The notes beneath the pieces were generated by a model. That model did no database searches. It was not told the DNA's origin and was given only the letters and a program-made list of their open reading frames with translations. Below are positions 14,817-22,238 of a stretch of 23,486 nt of DNA, piece by piece (positions within the stretch are counted from its first letter, which is position 1; every line of letters begins with the position of its first letter). The position numbers were made by a program, and so were the translations under genes. Source of the stretch: Spirulina subsalsa FACHB-351 (GTDB lineage Bacteria > Cyanobacteriota > Cyanobacteriia > Cyanobacteriales > Spirulinaceae); contig NZ_JAIHOM010000078.1 in the NCBI RefSeq assembly GCF_026130165.1, positions 1 through 23,486 on the forward strand. Reading direction: 5' to 3'.

Positions 14817-15329
14817 ATGTACAACTTCGTTCGTTTATACAGGAAATATCGTGGGAGAGTCAAAGGAGGTTTAGGTGTAGGTGCGATCGCCACTTTACTC
14901 ACCCTGACCTTGCCTGGGCCTGTTTTTTCCCAATTTACGCCTATGTTTGAAAGTGTCACCCTTACCCCCCGCTCAAATTTTGGGGAAGTGGTGATGCGCG
15001 GTATTAGTGGGGGAGAGCTACCGGCCCGGTCTGTGAGCAATCGCCCGGAAACTCCCACTGGCCCCTGTGTGGGCTTTGTCGATCAACAACCGGATCATAT
15101 TGTAACCCTGACGGATTATTTTGATTTCCTCAATATTCGGGTCAAAAGTTCGGGGGATACCACTCTAGTCATTCAAGGCCCCGGAGGGGTGTGGTGTAAT
15201 GATGATGCTTTTGAAGATGACCCGGCTATTGCCGGAGAATGGTTAGCGGGAACCTATCAGATTTGGGTGGGCTCCTATGAACGCAATGAGTTTCACCCCT
15301 ATATCATGCGAATTACTAGGCAACCGTAG
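14817..15329 (+). CDS. Hypothetical exported protein (about 170 aa)
   Basis: The track ORF starts at a GTG at 14802. The ATG at 14817 follows GGGAG. It has a hydrophobic signal-like segment (GLGVGAIATLLTLTLPGPVFSQ) and a conserved-looking core (TGPCVGF...PDH...DTTLVIQGPGGVWCNDD...GTYQIWVGSY). Function is unknown. Confidence 0.7.
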   Translation: MYNFVRLYRKYRGRVKGGLGVGAIATLLTLTLPGPVFSQFTPMFESVTLTPRSNFGEVVMRGISGGELPARSVSNRPETPTGPCVGFVDQQPDHIVTLTDYFDFLNIRVKSSGDTTLVIQGPGGVWCNDDAFEDDPAIAGEWLAGTYQIWVGSYERNEFHPYIMRITRQP

Positions 15330-15421
15330 TTTAACCGTGAAGTTCTCCCCCGCTAACCCTTCGGGTATAACGGGCGACCCCTGCTGACTTGTGGTCAAGG
15401 TTTGGGGGTCGGGTTTCCAAG

Positions 15422-15723
15422 TTAGGGTAATTTCGAGCATGGTTTTATTCGGCGCTGATTCACGATGTTTTTTCCTGGGTCTGGTAAGGGCGATCGCGGA
15501 TGTCTGATCCGAACGTTGGTGAATATGTTCAGGTTTTGTGGTGATTCTAACAAATTTAGAGACTGTAGTTTTTGCCCATGTTGGGAAATTGAGCAAACTG
15601 ACGGCACTTATCCCGAACTTTTTCAAAAAATCTAATCGCTACGTCTGGGTTTATTGCTGACAGGGATGCACAAATTTCGTCTAAGTCGGTTAGGGCAGCA
15701 TCAGAGAATGAATAATTTCCCAT
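15422..15723 (-). pseudogene. Decayed ParE/RelE-family toxin gene
   Basis: Hand translation from the ATG at 15723 gives MGNYSFSDAALTDLDEICASLSAINPDVAIRFFEKVRDKCRQFAQFPNMGKNYSL, a typical ParE N-terminal pattern. It then hits a TAA at 15556-15558. A weakly ParE-like continuation (LLESPQNLNIFTNV, compare LRxFPVxNYxIFYR) sits in another frame. No antitoxin ORF lies upstream. Confidence 0.45.
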
Positions 15724-15905
15724 CAGGAATCTTCAGTTTGTTGCTTAATGCTCCAGTGACTATGGCACCTATGCCTAGGATGGCTGTTCCCGCTAGGAGT
15801 CTTTGGTTCAGTCTGAGCAGGTGAGAGGGGTTCATGGAGGTTTGAAAAATCGGGCAACAGGACGATTCAAGTTGTTCTCAAGATACCAAAAAAATTGGGT
15901 CACGG

Positions 15906-16172
15906 AGAAACCGGGTTTCTTGCACTCCTTGGTTGTCTCGCTACTTCTGAACAGAAACCCGGTTTCTGGGTTGGGGAGGTCAGGGTTTATCTCTTGATTA
16001 GGGGTGTTGGGTTGCGCTTCGCTTCACCCAACCTACGGATGGTTAGTTACTTATTTCTGGGTTGGGGAGGTGAAGGTTTATCTCTTGATTAGGGGTGTTG
16101 GGTTGCGCTTCGCTTCACCCAACCTACGGATGGTTAGTTACTTAGAAACCGGGTTTCTTGGTTGGGGGGTGA
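15906..16172. repeat. Left repeat block: GAAACC(C)GGGTTTC hairpins plus two 91-bp tandem units and a truncated third
   Basis: The hairpin word AGAAACCGGGTTTCT occurs at 15906-15920, 15952-15966 (variant) and 16144-16158. The 91-bp units start at 15964 and 16055. Each holds the 32-nt core GTTGGGTTGCGCTTCGCTTCACCCAACCTACG (16006-16037 and 16097-16128). A third unit begins at 16155 and breaks off after GGTGA at 16172. Confidence 0.9.
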
Positions 16173-16231
16173 CTGTTCAGGCACAATGCTTAATGGAGCA
16201 TAGTCACTTAGCCATTGATAATTATTTGTTT

Positions 16232-16588
16232 TTATTTGTCATTAGTTTGATTTTCATTATTTATCATAATCAGGATCACTTTGTACAACGGCTCAAGTTC
16301 AACCTGAATAACATCCCAAGCTATTTGAAAATTAACCCTAAAATAAGTATGGACAATTACATCCCTTAGTCCTGCTATTTGCCGCCAGGGAATTTCAGGA
16401 TACTGCTGTCTCAGAGAATCTGGAATCTGTTTAGTTGCCTCGCCAATAATTAGCAAATTATGGATAACTGCATCTAATGTTTTTGGATCTTGAATGAAGT
16501 CAAAGTAATCCATATCCTCTATATAGTCTCTGATCTTATCAATACAAATACAAATATCCTGTAAATATAGATTTAGATCACGAGACAT
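16232..16588 (-). CDS. hepT: HEPN-domain (DUF86) toxin, HepT-like
   Basis: 118 aa with the Rx4H motif in AGLRDVIVHTYF. It overlaps the upstream nucleotidyltransferase gene by 11 nt, which is the classic MNT-HEPN pair order. The region is AT-rich. Confidence 0.85.
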   Translation of the reverse strand: MSRDLNLYLQDICICIDKIRDYIEDMDYFDFIQDPKTLDAVIHNLLIIGEATKQIPDSLRQQYPEIPWRQIAGLRDVIVHTYFRVNFQIAWDVIQVELEPLYKVILIMINNENQTNDK

Positions 16589-16910
16589 AAACGACTTCCC
16601 TCAGAATCTGTTCTCGAATCTGAGGTTTAATATCACTTTGAATCACTAAATCTACCCGCCGACTAAATAAATCTTCTAAAAAAAACTTTAAGTCCATATA
16701 CTTACGAAATGTGGGTACATCCTCAAACTCAACCAGAATATCTAGGTCGCTATGTTCTGTTGCCTCTTCTCGGACAAAAGAACCAAAAACCCCAAGGGAC
16801 TTAACACCATAACGTAGCTTAATTTGGCGAAGATTCTGCTTTAAAACGCTACAAATATTCACCAAATTACAATCATTGGACTGGATATTAGTCGTCATTA
16901 ACGGTTTCAT
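16578..16910 (-). CDS. mntA: Nucleotidyltransferase-domain (MNT) antitoxin, MntA-like
   Basis: It carries the motif GVFGSFVREEATEHSDLDILVEF (GS...DxD). The track ORF runs to 16985 with a non-ATG start. ATGs at 16910 (MKPLMTTN...) and 16898 are more plausible starts. Confidence 0.85.
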   Translation of the reverse strand: MKPLMTTNIQSNDCNLVNICSVLKQNLRQIKLRYGVKSLGVFGSFVREEATEHSDLDILVEFEDVPTFRKYMDLKFFLEDLFSRRVDLVIQSDIKPQIREQILREVVYVS

Positions 16911-16988
16911 CGTGCTAAGGAATCCTCCAACTCTTTTAACTGTTAGTCTAACTCGGAAATATGGTCTCAAATATCCTCTACACAAAAA

Positions 16989-17223
16989 TTGGGGGAGGTG
17001 AGGGTTTATCTCTTGATTAGGGGTGTTGGGTTGCGCTTCGCTTCACCCAACCTACGGATGGTTAGTTACTTATTTCTGGGTTGGGGAGGTGAGGGTTTAT
17101 CTCTTGATGGGGGGTGTTGGGTTGCGCTTCGCTTCACCCAACCTACGAATCGCGAAACAATTATCAATTATTAAGTCTCAATTGTTTTGTTGGGTTGCGC
17201 TTCGCTTCACCCAACCTACGGAT
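16989..17223. repeat. Right repeat block: two 91-bp units plus one solitary core, in the same orientation as the left block
   Basis: The 32-nt cores lie at 17025-17056, 17116-17147 and 17189-17220. The first unit starts with TTGGGGGAGGTGAGGGTTTATC at 16989, i.e. the same unit 5' end that is interrupted at 16162-16172. Confidence 0.9.
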
Positions 17224-17434
17224 TCTGTTGGATTTGTTACAATAAATGAATAGGACTTGACAAAAGCACAAAATCTTGAAAAGTGAAGCGTCACGAAACC
17301 GGAAGGTCTAGCCCTTGGCCGGGTGAGTTTTTGCTCTAGCAAAGGGTTCCCATTTATGAGACGATGGCGAATTATGACTCTGTGCTGCGTCGAAGGCCTA
17401 GTCTGCCCTAAATCATGATTGTTATTGGTTAACT

Positions 17435-19291
17435 ATGCAAGTGCCGCTTCCCCAAGCTGAACGTTTCGGATTTCCGGTTCATCCTCAACCTTTGGTGCGA
17501 TCGCCTGAGAATGATCGTCGTACCAAAATTGTCGCCACCGTTGGACCGGCTACCCTCCATCCCCCAGTTCTCCGGAATCTCATTGAAGCAGGAGCCACGA
17601 CGCTACGGTTAAACTTCTCCCACGGCACCCATGAAGACCATCAAAAGGCTATTCGTTTAATCCGTCAGACGGCCTTTGAACTCGATCAACCTGTGGGCAT
17701 TTTACAAGACTTGCAAGGGCCGAAAATCCGCCTCGGACGCTTTGAAACCGGGTCGGTCGTAGTGGAAAAAGGCGATCGCTTCATCCTCACCAGTCGCAAA
17801 ATTCCCTGCACCCAACAACGGGGATACGTCAGCTATGCCAAACTCGCCCAAGAAATCACCCCCGGCGCCCTCATCCTCATTGATGACGGCAAAGTAGAAA
17901 TGGCCGTCGAATCCGTCGATCTCGAACAAGAAGAACTCCACTGTCGCGTCGTAGTCGGCGGCACCCTCTCCAACAACAAAGGCGTTAACTTCCCCAACAC
18001 CACCCTCTCCATTAGCGCCCTCACCGCCAAAGACCGAGAAGATTTAATGTTCGGACTAGATCAAGGCGTGGATTGGGTCGCCCTCAGTTTTGTCTGCAAT
18101 CCCCACGACATCCTCGAAATTAAAGAAATTATCGCCAGCGCCGGAAAATCCGTCCCCGTCATCGCCAAAATTGAAAAACACGAAGCCATCGAACAGATGG
18201 AAGCCATTCTCTCCCTCTGTGATGGCGTAATGGTCGCCCGAGGCGACTTAGGCGTTGAACTCCCAGCCGAACAAGTCCCCCTCCTGCAAAAACGCCTCAT
18301 TGCCACCGCCAACCAATTGGGAATCCCCGTCATTACGGCCACCCAAATGTTAGACAGCATGGTAAACAATCCCCGTCCCACCCGGGCCGAAGTCTCCGAT
18401 GTCGCCAACGCCATCCTCGATGGCACCGATGCCGTCATGCTCTCCAACGAGACAGCCGTGGGCAACTTCCCCGTCGAAGCTGTCGCAACAATGGCTAAAA
18501 TTGCCGCCTGTGTCGAACATCAACTAGCCGACCCTAATCACGTCAATCTCCCCACCCGGTCAATTCCTAACGCCATTTCCGGGGCCGTCAGCCACATCGC
18601 CAAACAACTCGACGCGGCCGCCATCATGACCCTGACCAAAACCGGGGCCACCGCCCGCAATGTCTCCAAATTCCGCCCCCAGACCCCCATTTTAGCCATT
18701 ACCCCCCATGTGGATGTCGCCCGGCAGTTACAGTTAGTTTGGGGTGTCAAACCCTTGTTAGTGTTAGATTTGCCCTCCACTAGCCAAACCTTCCAAGCCG
18801 CCATCAATGTCGCCCAAGAAAAACAACTGCTCTTTGATGGGGATTTAGTCATCCTCACGGCCGGCACCCTCCAAGGCATTTCCGGCTCCACCGACTTAAT
18901 TAAAGTCGAAGTCGTGACCGCCGTCCTCGGTCAGGGGATTGGCATTGGAGAACAGTCCATTACCGGACGGGCGAGAGTCATTCGCAATGCCAAAGAAATC
19001 GCCAATTTTCGACCAGGGGATATTTTAGTCGCCCCTTCCACTAATGCCGACTATGTGGACATTATTCGCAAAGCGTCAGGTATTATTACCGAAGAATCCA
19101 GTTTAACCAGCCATGCGGCCGTGATTGGTTTACGTCTAGGCGTTCCCGTCATTGTCGGCCTAAAAAATGCCACCGATGTCATTCGCGATGGAGCCATTTT
19201 AACCCTCGATTCTCAACGGGGATTAGTCTATTTCGGCTCAAAACCCACCGCTCAAAATAATGGCGTTGGGGTGTCCTTACCTCTGTTTTAA
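17435..19291 (+). CDS. pyk: Pyruvate kinase with a C-terminal PEP-utilizing-enzyme mobile (swivel) domain
   Basis: PK core motifs are present: RRTKIVATVGPA, MVARGDLGVE and the NETAVG region. A roughly 100-aa C-terminal extension carries GDILVAPSTNADYVDIIRKASGIITEESSLTSHAAVIGLRLGVPVIVG. The approximately 27-aa N-terminal leader before RRTKIV makes the exact start uncertain. Confidence 0.95.
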   Translation: MQVPLPQAERFGFPVHPQPLVRSPENDRRTKIVATVGPATLHPPVLRNLIEAGATTLRLNFSHGTHEDHQKAIRLIRQTAFELDQPVGILQDLQGPKIRLGRFETGSVVVEKGDRFILTSRKIPCTQQRGYVSYAKLAQEITPGALILIDDGKVEMAVESVDLEQEELHCRVVVGGTLSNNKGVNFPNTTLSISALTAKDREDLMFGLDQGVDWVALSFVCNPHDILEIKEIIASAGKSVPVIAKIEKHEAIEQMEAILSLCDGVMVARGDLGVELPAEQVPLLQKRLIATANQLGIPVITATQMLDSMVNNPRPTRAEVSDVANAILDGTDAVMLSNETAVGNFPVEAVATMAKIAACVEHQLADPNHVNLPTRSIPNAISGAVSHIAKQLDAAAIMTLTKTGATARNVSKFRPQTPILAITPHVDVARQLQLVWGVKPLLVLDLPSTSQTFQAAINVAQEKQLLFDGDLVILTAGTLQGISGSTDLIKVEVVTAVLGQGIGIGEQSITGRARVIRNAKEIANFRPGDILVAPSTNADYVDIIRKASGIITEESSLTSHAAVIGLRLGVPVIVGLKNATDVIRDGAILTLDSQRGLVYFGSKPTAQNNGVGVSLPLF

Positions 19292-19297
19292 CAAACC

Positions 19298-20287
19298 ATG
19301 AAAACCATATTAGTCACGGGGGCGGCGGGGTTTATTGGCTTTCACCTTAGCCGTCGTTTGTTGGCGGAGGGTCATCAGGTAATTGGCGTAGATAACCTCA
19401 ATCCCTACTATGACGTAGCCTTGAAAGAAGCCCGCAAAGCTCAACTCGACACCCACCCAGCCTTTCAATTCTACCCCCTCGACCTCGCCCAACGAGCAGC
19501 CACCCAGCAACTCTTTCAAAACCACAAATTTGATCAAGTTGTCCATCTCGCCGCTCAAGCCGGAGTCCGTTACTCCCTCGAAAATCCCCACGCCTATGTT
19601 GATAGTAACCTCGTGGGATTTGTTAACATTTTAGAAGGCTGTAGACAAAGCCAAATTAACCATTTCGTCTTTGCCTCCTCCAGTTCCGTTTATGGAGTTA
19701 ATCAAAAAATTCCCTTTGCCGTAACCGACTCCGTAGACCATCCCGTAAGCCTCTATGCCGCCACCAAAAAAGCCAACGAATTAATCGCCCACAGCTACAG
19801 TCATCTCTATCAAATCCCCACCACCGGCCTCCGCTTTTTCACTGTTTACGGCCCCTGGGGAAGACCGGATATGGCCTACTGGAAATTTACCCAAGCCATC
19901 TTAGAAAACCAGCCCATTAATGTCTTTAATCAAGGGCAAATGAAGCGAGATTTTACCTACATTGATGATGTCGTAGAAGGCATTATCCGCGTGATGGCTA
20001 AAATTCCAGACCCCCAAGGCCCCAGCCATGCTCCCTATAAAATTTATAACATTGGCAACAATAAGCCCGTCGAACTGCTCACCATGATTGAAATCTTAGA
20101 AACCTGTCTCAGCAAGACGGCCATTAAAAATATGCTCCCCATGCAGCCCGGAGATGTGCCGATTACCTATGCCGATGTAGATGATTTAATGCAGGATGTC
20201 GGCTTTCAACCTTCCACTCCTCTCTTAGCAGGTTTAAGAGAATTTGTCAACTGGTATTGTGATTATTTTAAATGGAAATTATCCTAA
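19298..20287 (+). CDS. NAD-dependent epimerase/dehydratase, UDP-glucuronate 4-epimerase-like
   Basis: 329 aa with TGAAGFIGFHL (Rossmann GxxGxxG) and YAATKKANE (the YxxxK catalytic motif). VIGVDNLNPYYDVALKEAR is typical of the UDP-glucuronate 4-epimerase subgroup. It starts 6 nt after the pyk stop. Confidence 0.85.
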   Translation: MKTILVTGAAGFIGFHLSRRLLAEGHQVIGVDNLNPYYDVALKEARKAQLDTHPAFQFYPLDLAQRAATQQLFQNHKFDQVVHLAAQAGVRYSLENPHAYVDSNLVGFVNILEGCRQSQINHFVFASSSSVYGVNQKIPFAVTDSVDHPVSLYAATKKANELIAHSYSHLYQIPTTGLRFFTVYGPWGRPDMAYWKFTQAILENQPINVFNQGQMKRDFTYIDDVVEGIIRVMAKIPDPQGPSHAPYKIYNIGNNKPVELLTMIEILETCLSKTAIKNMLPMQPGDVPITYADVDDLMQDVGFQPSTPLLAGLREFVNWYCDYFKWKLS

Positions 20288-22068
20288 CGGTTCTGGTAAT
20301 TATCGGGGCATTAATTGGCTTTATTAGCGAAGTTTTACCCGTTGATCTCATCGCTATCATTGTGACTATTGTCCTGATGATTTTGGGACTTGTTACCCCA
20401 GAAGAAGGGATTTCTGGCTTTGGCAACACGGCCACCATTACCGTCATGGCCATGTTTATTTTAAGTGCAGGCATTGCCAAAACCGGAGTTATTCAAATTA
20501 TCCGCGATTGGCTGATTAAATGGTCTGGAGATAACCCCAGACAGCAGATATTTGTCATGGGGATGTTAGTGGGGCCGATTAGTGCTTTTATTAACAATAC
20601 CGCCGTCGTTGCTGTGTTTCTGCCCATTGTTGAAACTTGGTGTCGTCAACAAAAAATTCCCGTTTCTAAGATATTAATTCCCCTCTCCTACTGCACAATT
20701 TTGGGAGGAACATTAACCTTAATCGGCACATCAACTAATGTATTAGCCAGTGGTTTATCAGCCCAATTGGGCTATCAAGAGTTTAGCATTTTTCAATTTA
20801 CCCCCATTAGTATTATCACCTTTTTAGTCGGGTTAAGTTACATTATCTTCATCAGTCCCTACCTATTGCCTGATCGAGATAATCAACCGATGGGTAGTAT
20901 TGCCCAAGATTATCAACTGAAAGAATATGTCAGTGAGTTAGTTTTAACTCCTCGTTCTAGTTTAATTGGTCAAACTTTACGGGAAAGCGAAATTCAGCGC
21001 AAATTTGATTTAGATGTGTTAGAACTCATCCGCAATAAAACCCGCTTTCCTCAACCCTTAGCTGATAAGGTACTAGATGCCGGGGATATTTTGGTCGTGC
21101 GAAGTACCAAAGCCGATTTATTAAAAATTCGCGATGAACGAGGGTTAGAAATCTTAGCCGATGTACAGTTTAACAACGAAGAAATTGAGTCTACACTCAG
21201 TTCCGGGGAGGAAAAAATTGCCGAGGTTTTGATTCTTTCTAACTCCCGTTTAGTGGGAACAACCTTGAAAGATATGCGCTTCCGACAACGTTATAATGCT
21301 ACAGTTTTAGCCATTCGTCGCGGGGCGGAATTGGTGCAAGGTCGTTTGGGCAAAGTTCCTTTAAAGTTTGGGGATTTGCTGTTAGTGCAAGGGCCGAAAG
21401 AAAGTTTTATCGGGTTACAAACAACGCGGGAATTATTGGTACTCGAAGAACGAGATGTCGATATGTTACGGCCGGATAAAGCAGCTATTTCTGTGGCGAT
21501 TGGTGTGGCGGTTGTTTTGGTGGCCGCATTGGGAATAATGCCAATTTTAGTGAGTTCCTTAGCGGGAGTCATTTTAATGGTTTTAACGGGCTGTTTAAAA
21601 CCCGGTGAAATTTATGGGGCGGTGCGGTGGGATATTATCTTTTTATTAGCTGGTTTAATTCCTTTGGGAATTGCAATGGATAAGTCAGGAACAACCCAAT
21701 GGTTAGCGGATCATTTAGTTAGTTTAGGGGGCAGTTTATCAGGTTACTGGATTTTGGTTTTCTTCTTTTTAGTGACCTCTATCCTAACGGAAATTTTGTC
21801 AAATAATGCCTCTGTGGTTCTCATGTTACCTGTGGCGGTTAAAGTTGCTCAGACTTTAAGTTTAAACCCTTTTGCTTTTATGTTTGCCGTCATGTTGGCC
21901 GCCTCAAATAGTTTTGCGACTCCCATTGGTTATCAAACTAATACAATGGTTTACGGTCCAGGGGGGTATAAGTTTTTAGATTTCTTGCGGGTGGGAGGCC
22001 CTTTAAATTTGCTCATGGTACTTGTGGCTCCAGCCGTGATTGTTTTAGTTTGTGGTTTGTCTGAATAA
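20272..22068 (+). CDS. SLC13/DASS-type permease with two central TrkA-C (RCK_C) domains
   Basis: 598 aa. Multi-TM N- and C-terminal halves flank two repeats of the TrkA-C pattern (LVLTPRSSLIGQTLRESEI...GDILVVRS and VLILSNSRLVGTTLKDMRF...GDLLLVQG). The start overlaps the epimerase stop by 16 nt. Confidence 0.85.
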   Translation: MEIILTVLVIIGALIGFISEVLPVDLIAIIVTIVLMILGLVTPEEGISGFGNTATITVMAMFILSAGIAKTGVIQIIRDWLIKWSGDNPRQQIFVMGMLVGPISAFINNTAVVAVFLPIVETWCRQQKIPVSKILIPLSYCTILGGTLTLIGTSTNVLASGLSAQLGYQEFSIFQFTPISIITFLVGLSYIIFISPYLLPDRDNQPMGSIAQDYQLKEYVSELVLTPRSSLIGQTLRESEIQRKFDLDVLELIRNKTRFPQPLADKVLDAGDILVVRSTKADLLKIRDERGLEILADVQFNNEEIESTLSSGEEKIAEVLILSNSRLVGTTLKDMRFRQRYNATVLAIRRGAELVQGRLGKVPLKFGDLLLVQGPKESFIGLQTTRELLVLEERDVDMLRPDKAAISVAIGVAVVLVAALGIMPILVSSLAGVILMVLTGCLKPGEIYGAVRWDIIFLLAGLIPLGIAMDKSGTTQWLADHLVSLGGSLSGYWILVFFFLVTSILTEILSNNASVVLMLPVAVKVAQTLSLNPFAFMFAVMLAASNSFATPIGYQTNTMVYGPGGYKFLDFLRVGGPLNLLMVLVAPAVIVLVCGLSE

Positions 22069-22238
22069 GCTATGGCGTTTCTATTTGAGTTTTGTAATCC
22101 ACAAGGGAACAGGAAACAGTAGACAAGGGTTACAAGGAGCTTATGGAGGGAGCATTCCTGCACCATCCTTCTGGTAAGCTGTTAAAAGCCCACAGCAGCG
22201 AGAAGCGGTGAGCGTTCAATTTAGTAGTAATAGCACCT

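Noticed and set aside
15243-15626. The 127-aa and 61-aa minus-strand ORFs
   Set aside because: They are out-of-frame remnants of the decayed ParE-like gene, and one overlaps the 3' end of the 175-aa gene.
15724-15837. The 44-codon ORF (MNPSHLLRLNQRLLAGTAILGIGAIVTGALSNKLKIPDGKLFIL) as the ParE antitoxin
   Set aside because: It is hydrophobic and TM-like, not antitoxin-like. It has no SD and runs into the toxin frame out of register.
15743-16206. Shared short words: GCTTAATG occurs directly at about 15743 and 16186, and AGTGACTATG near 15755 has its reverse complement near 16197. Together they hint at an invertible segment.
   Set aside because: Only 8-10 nt match, in an inconsistent arrangement, so this could be chance. 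It is not enough to propose inversion boundaries without comparative data.
15803-16369. ORFs 15803..15997, 15895..16092 and 16004..16369 (MLGCASLHPTYGWLVTYFWVGEV...)
   Set aside because: They are read straight through the 91-bp repeat units and GAAACCGGGTTTC hairpins. The same peptides recur wherever the repeat occurs, and there are no start or SD signals.
15964-17150. Possible CRISPR array, because of the regularly spaced conserved cores
   Set aside because: The units are directly abutting 91-bp tandem repeats with conserved, non-unique inter-core sequence. There are no variable spacers and no cas genes.
16989-17253. ORFs 16989..17174 and 17023..17253
   Set aside because: They are repeat-derived frames of the same kind, in the right repeat block.
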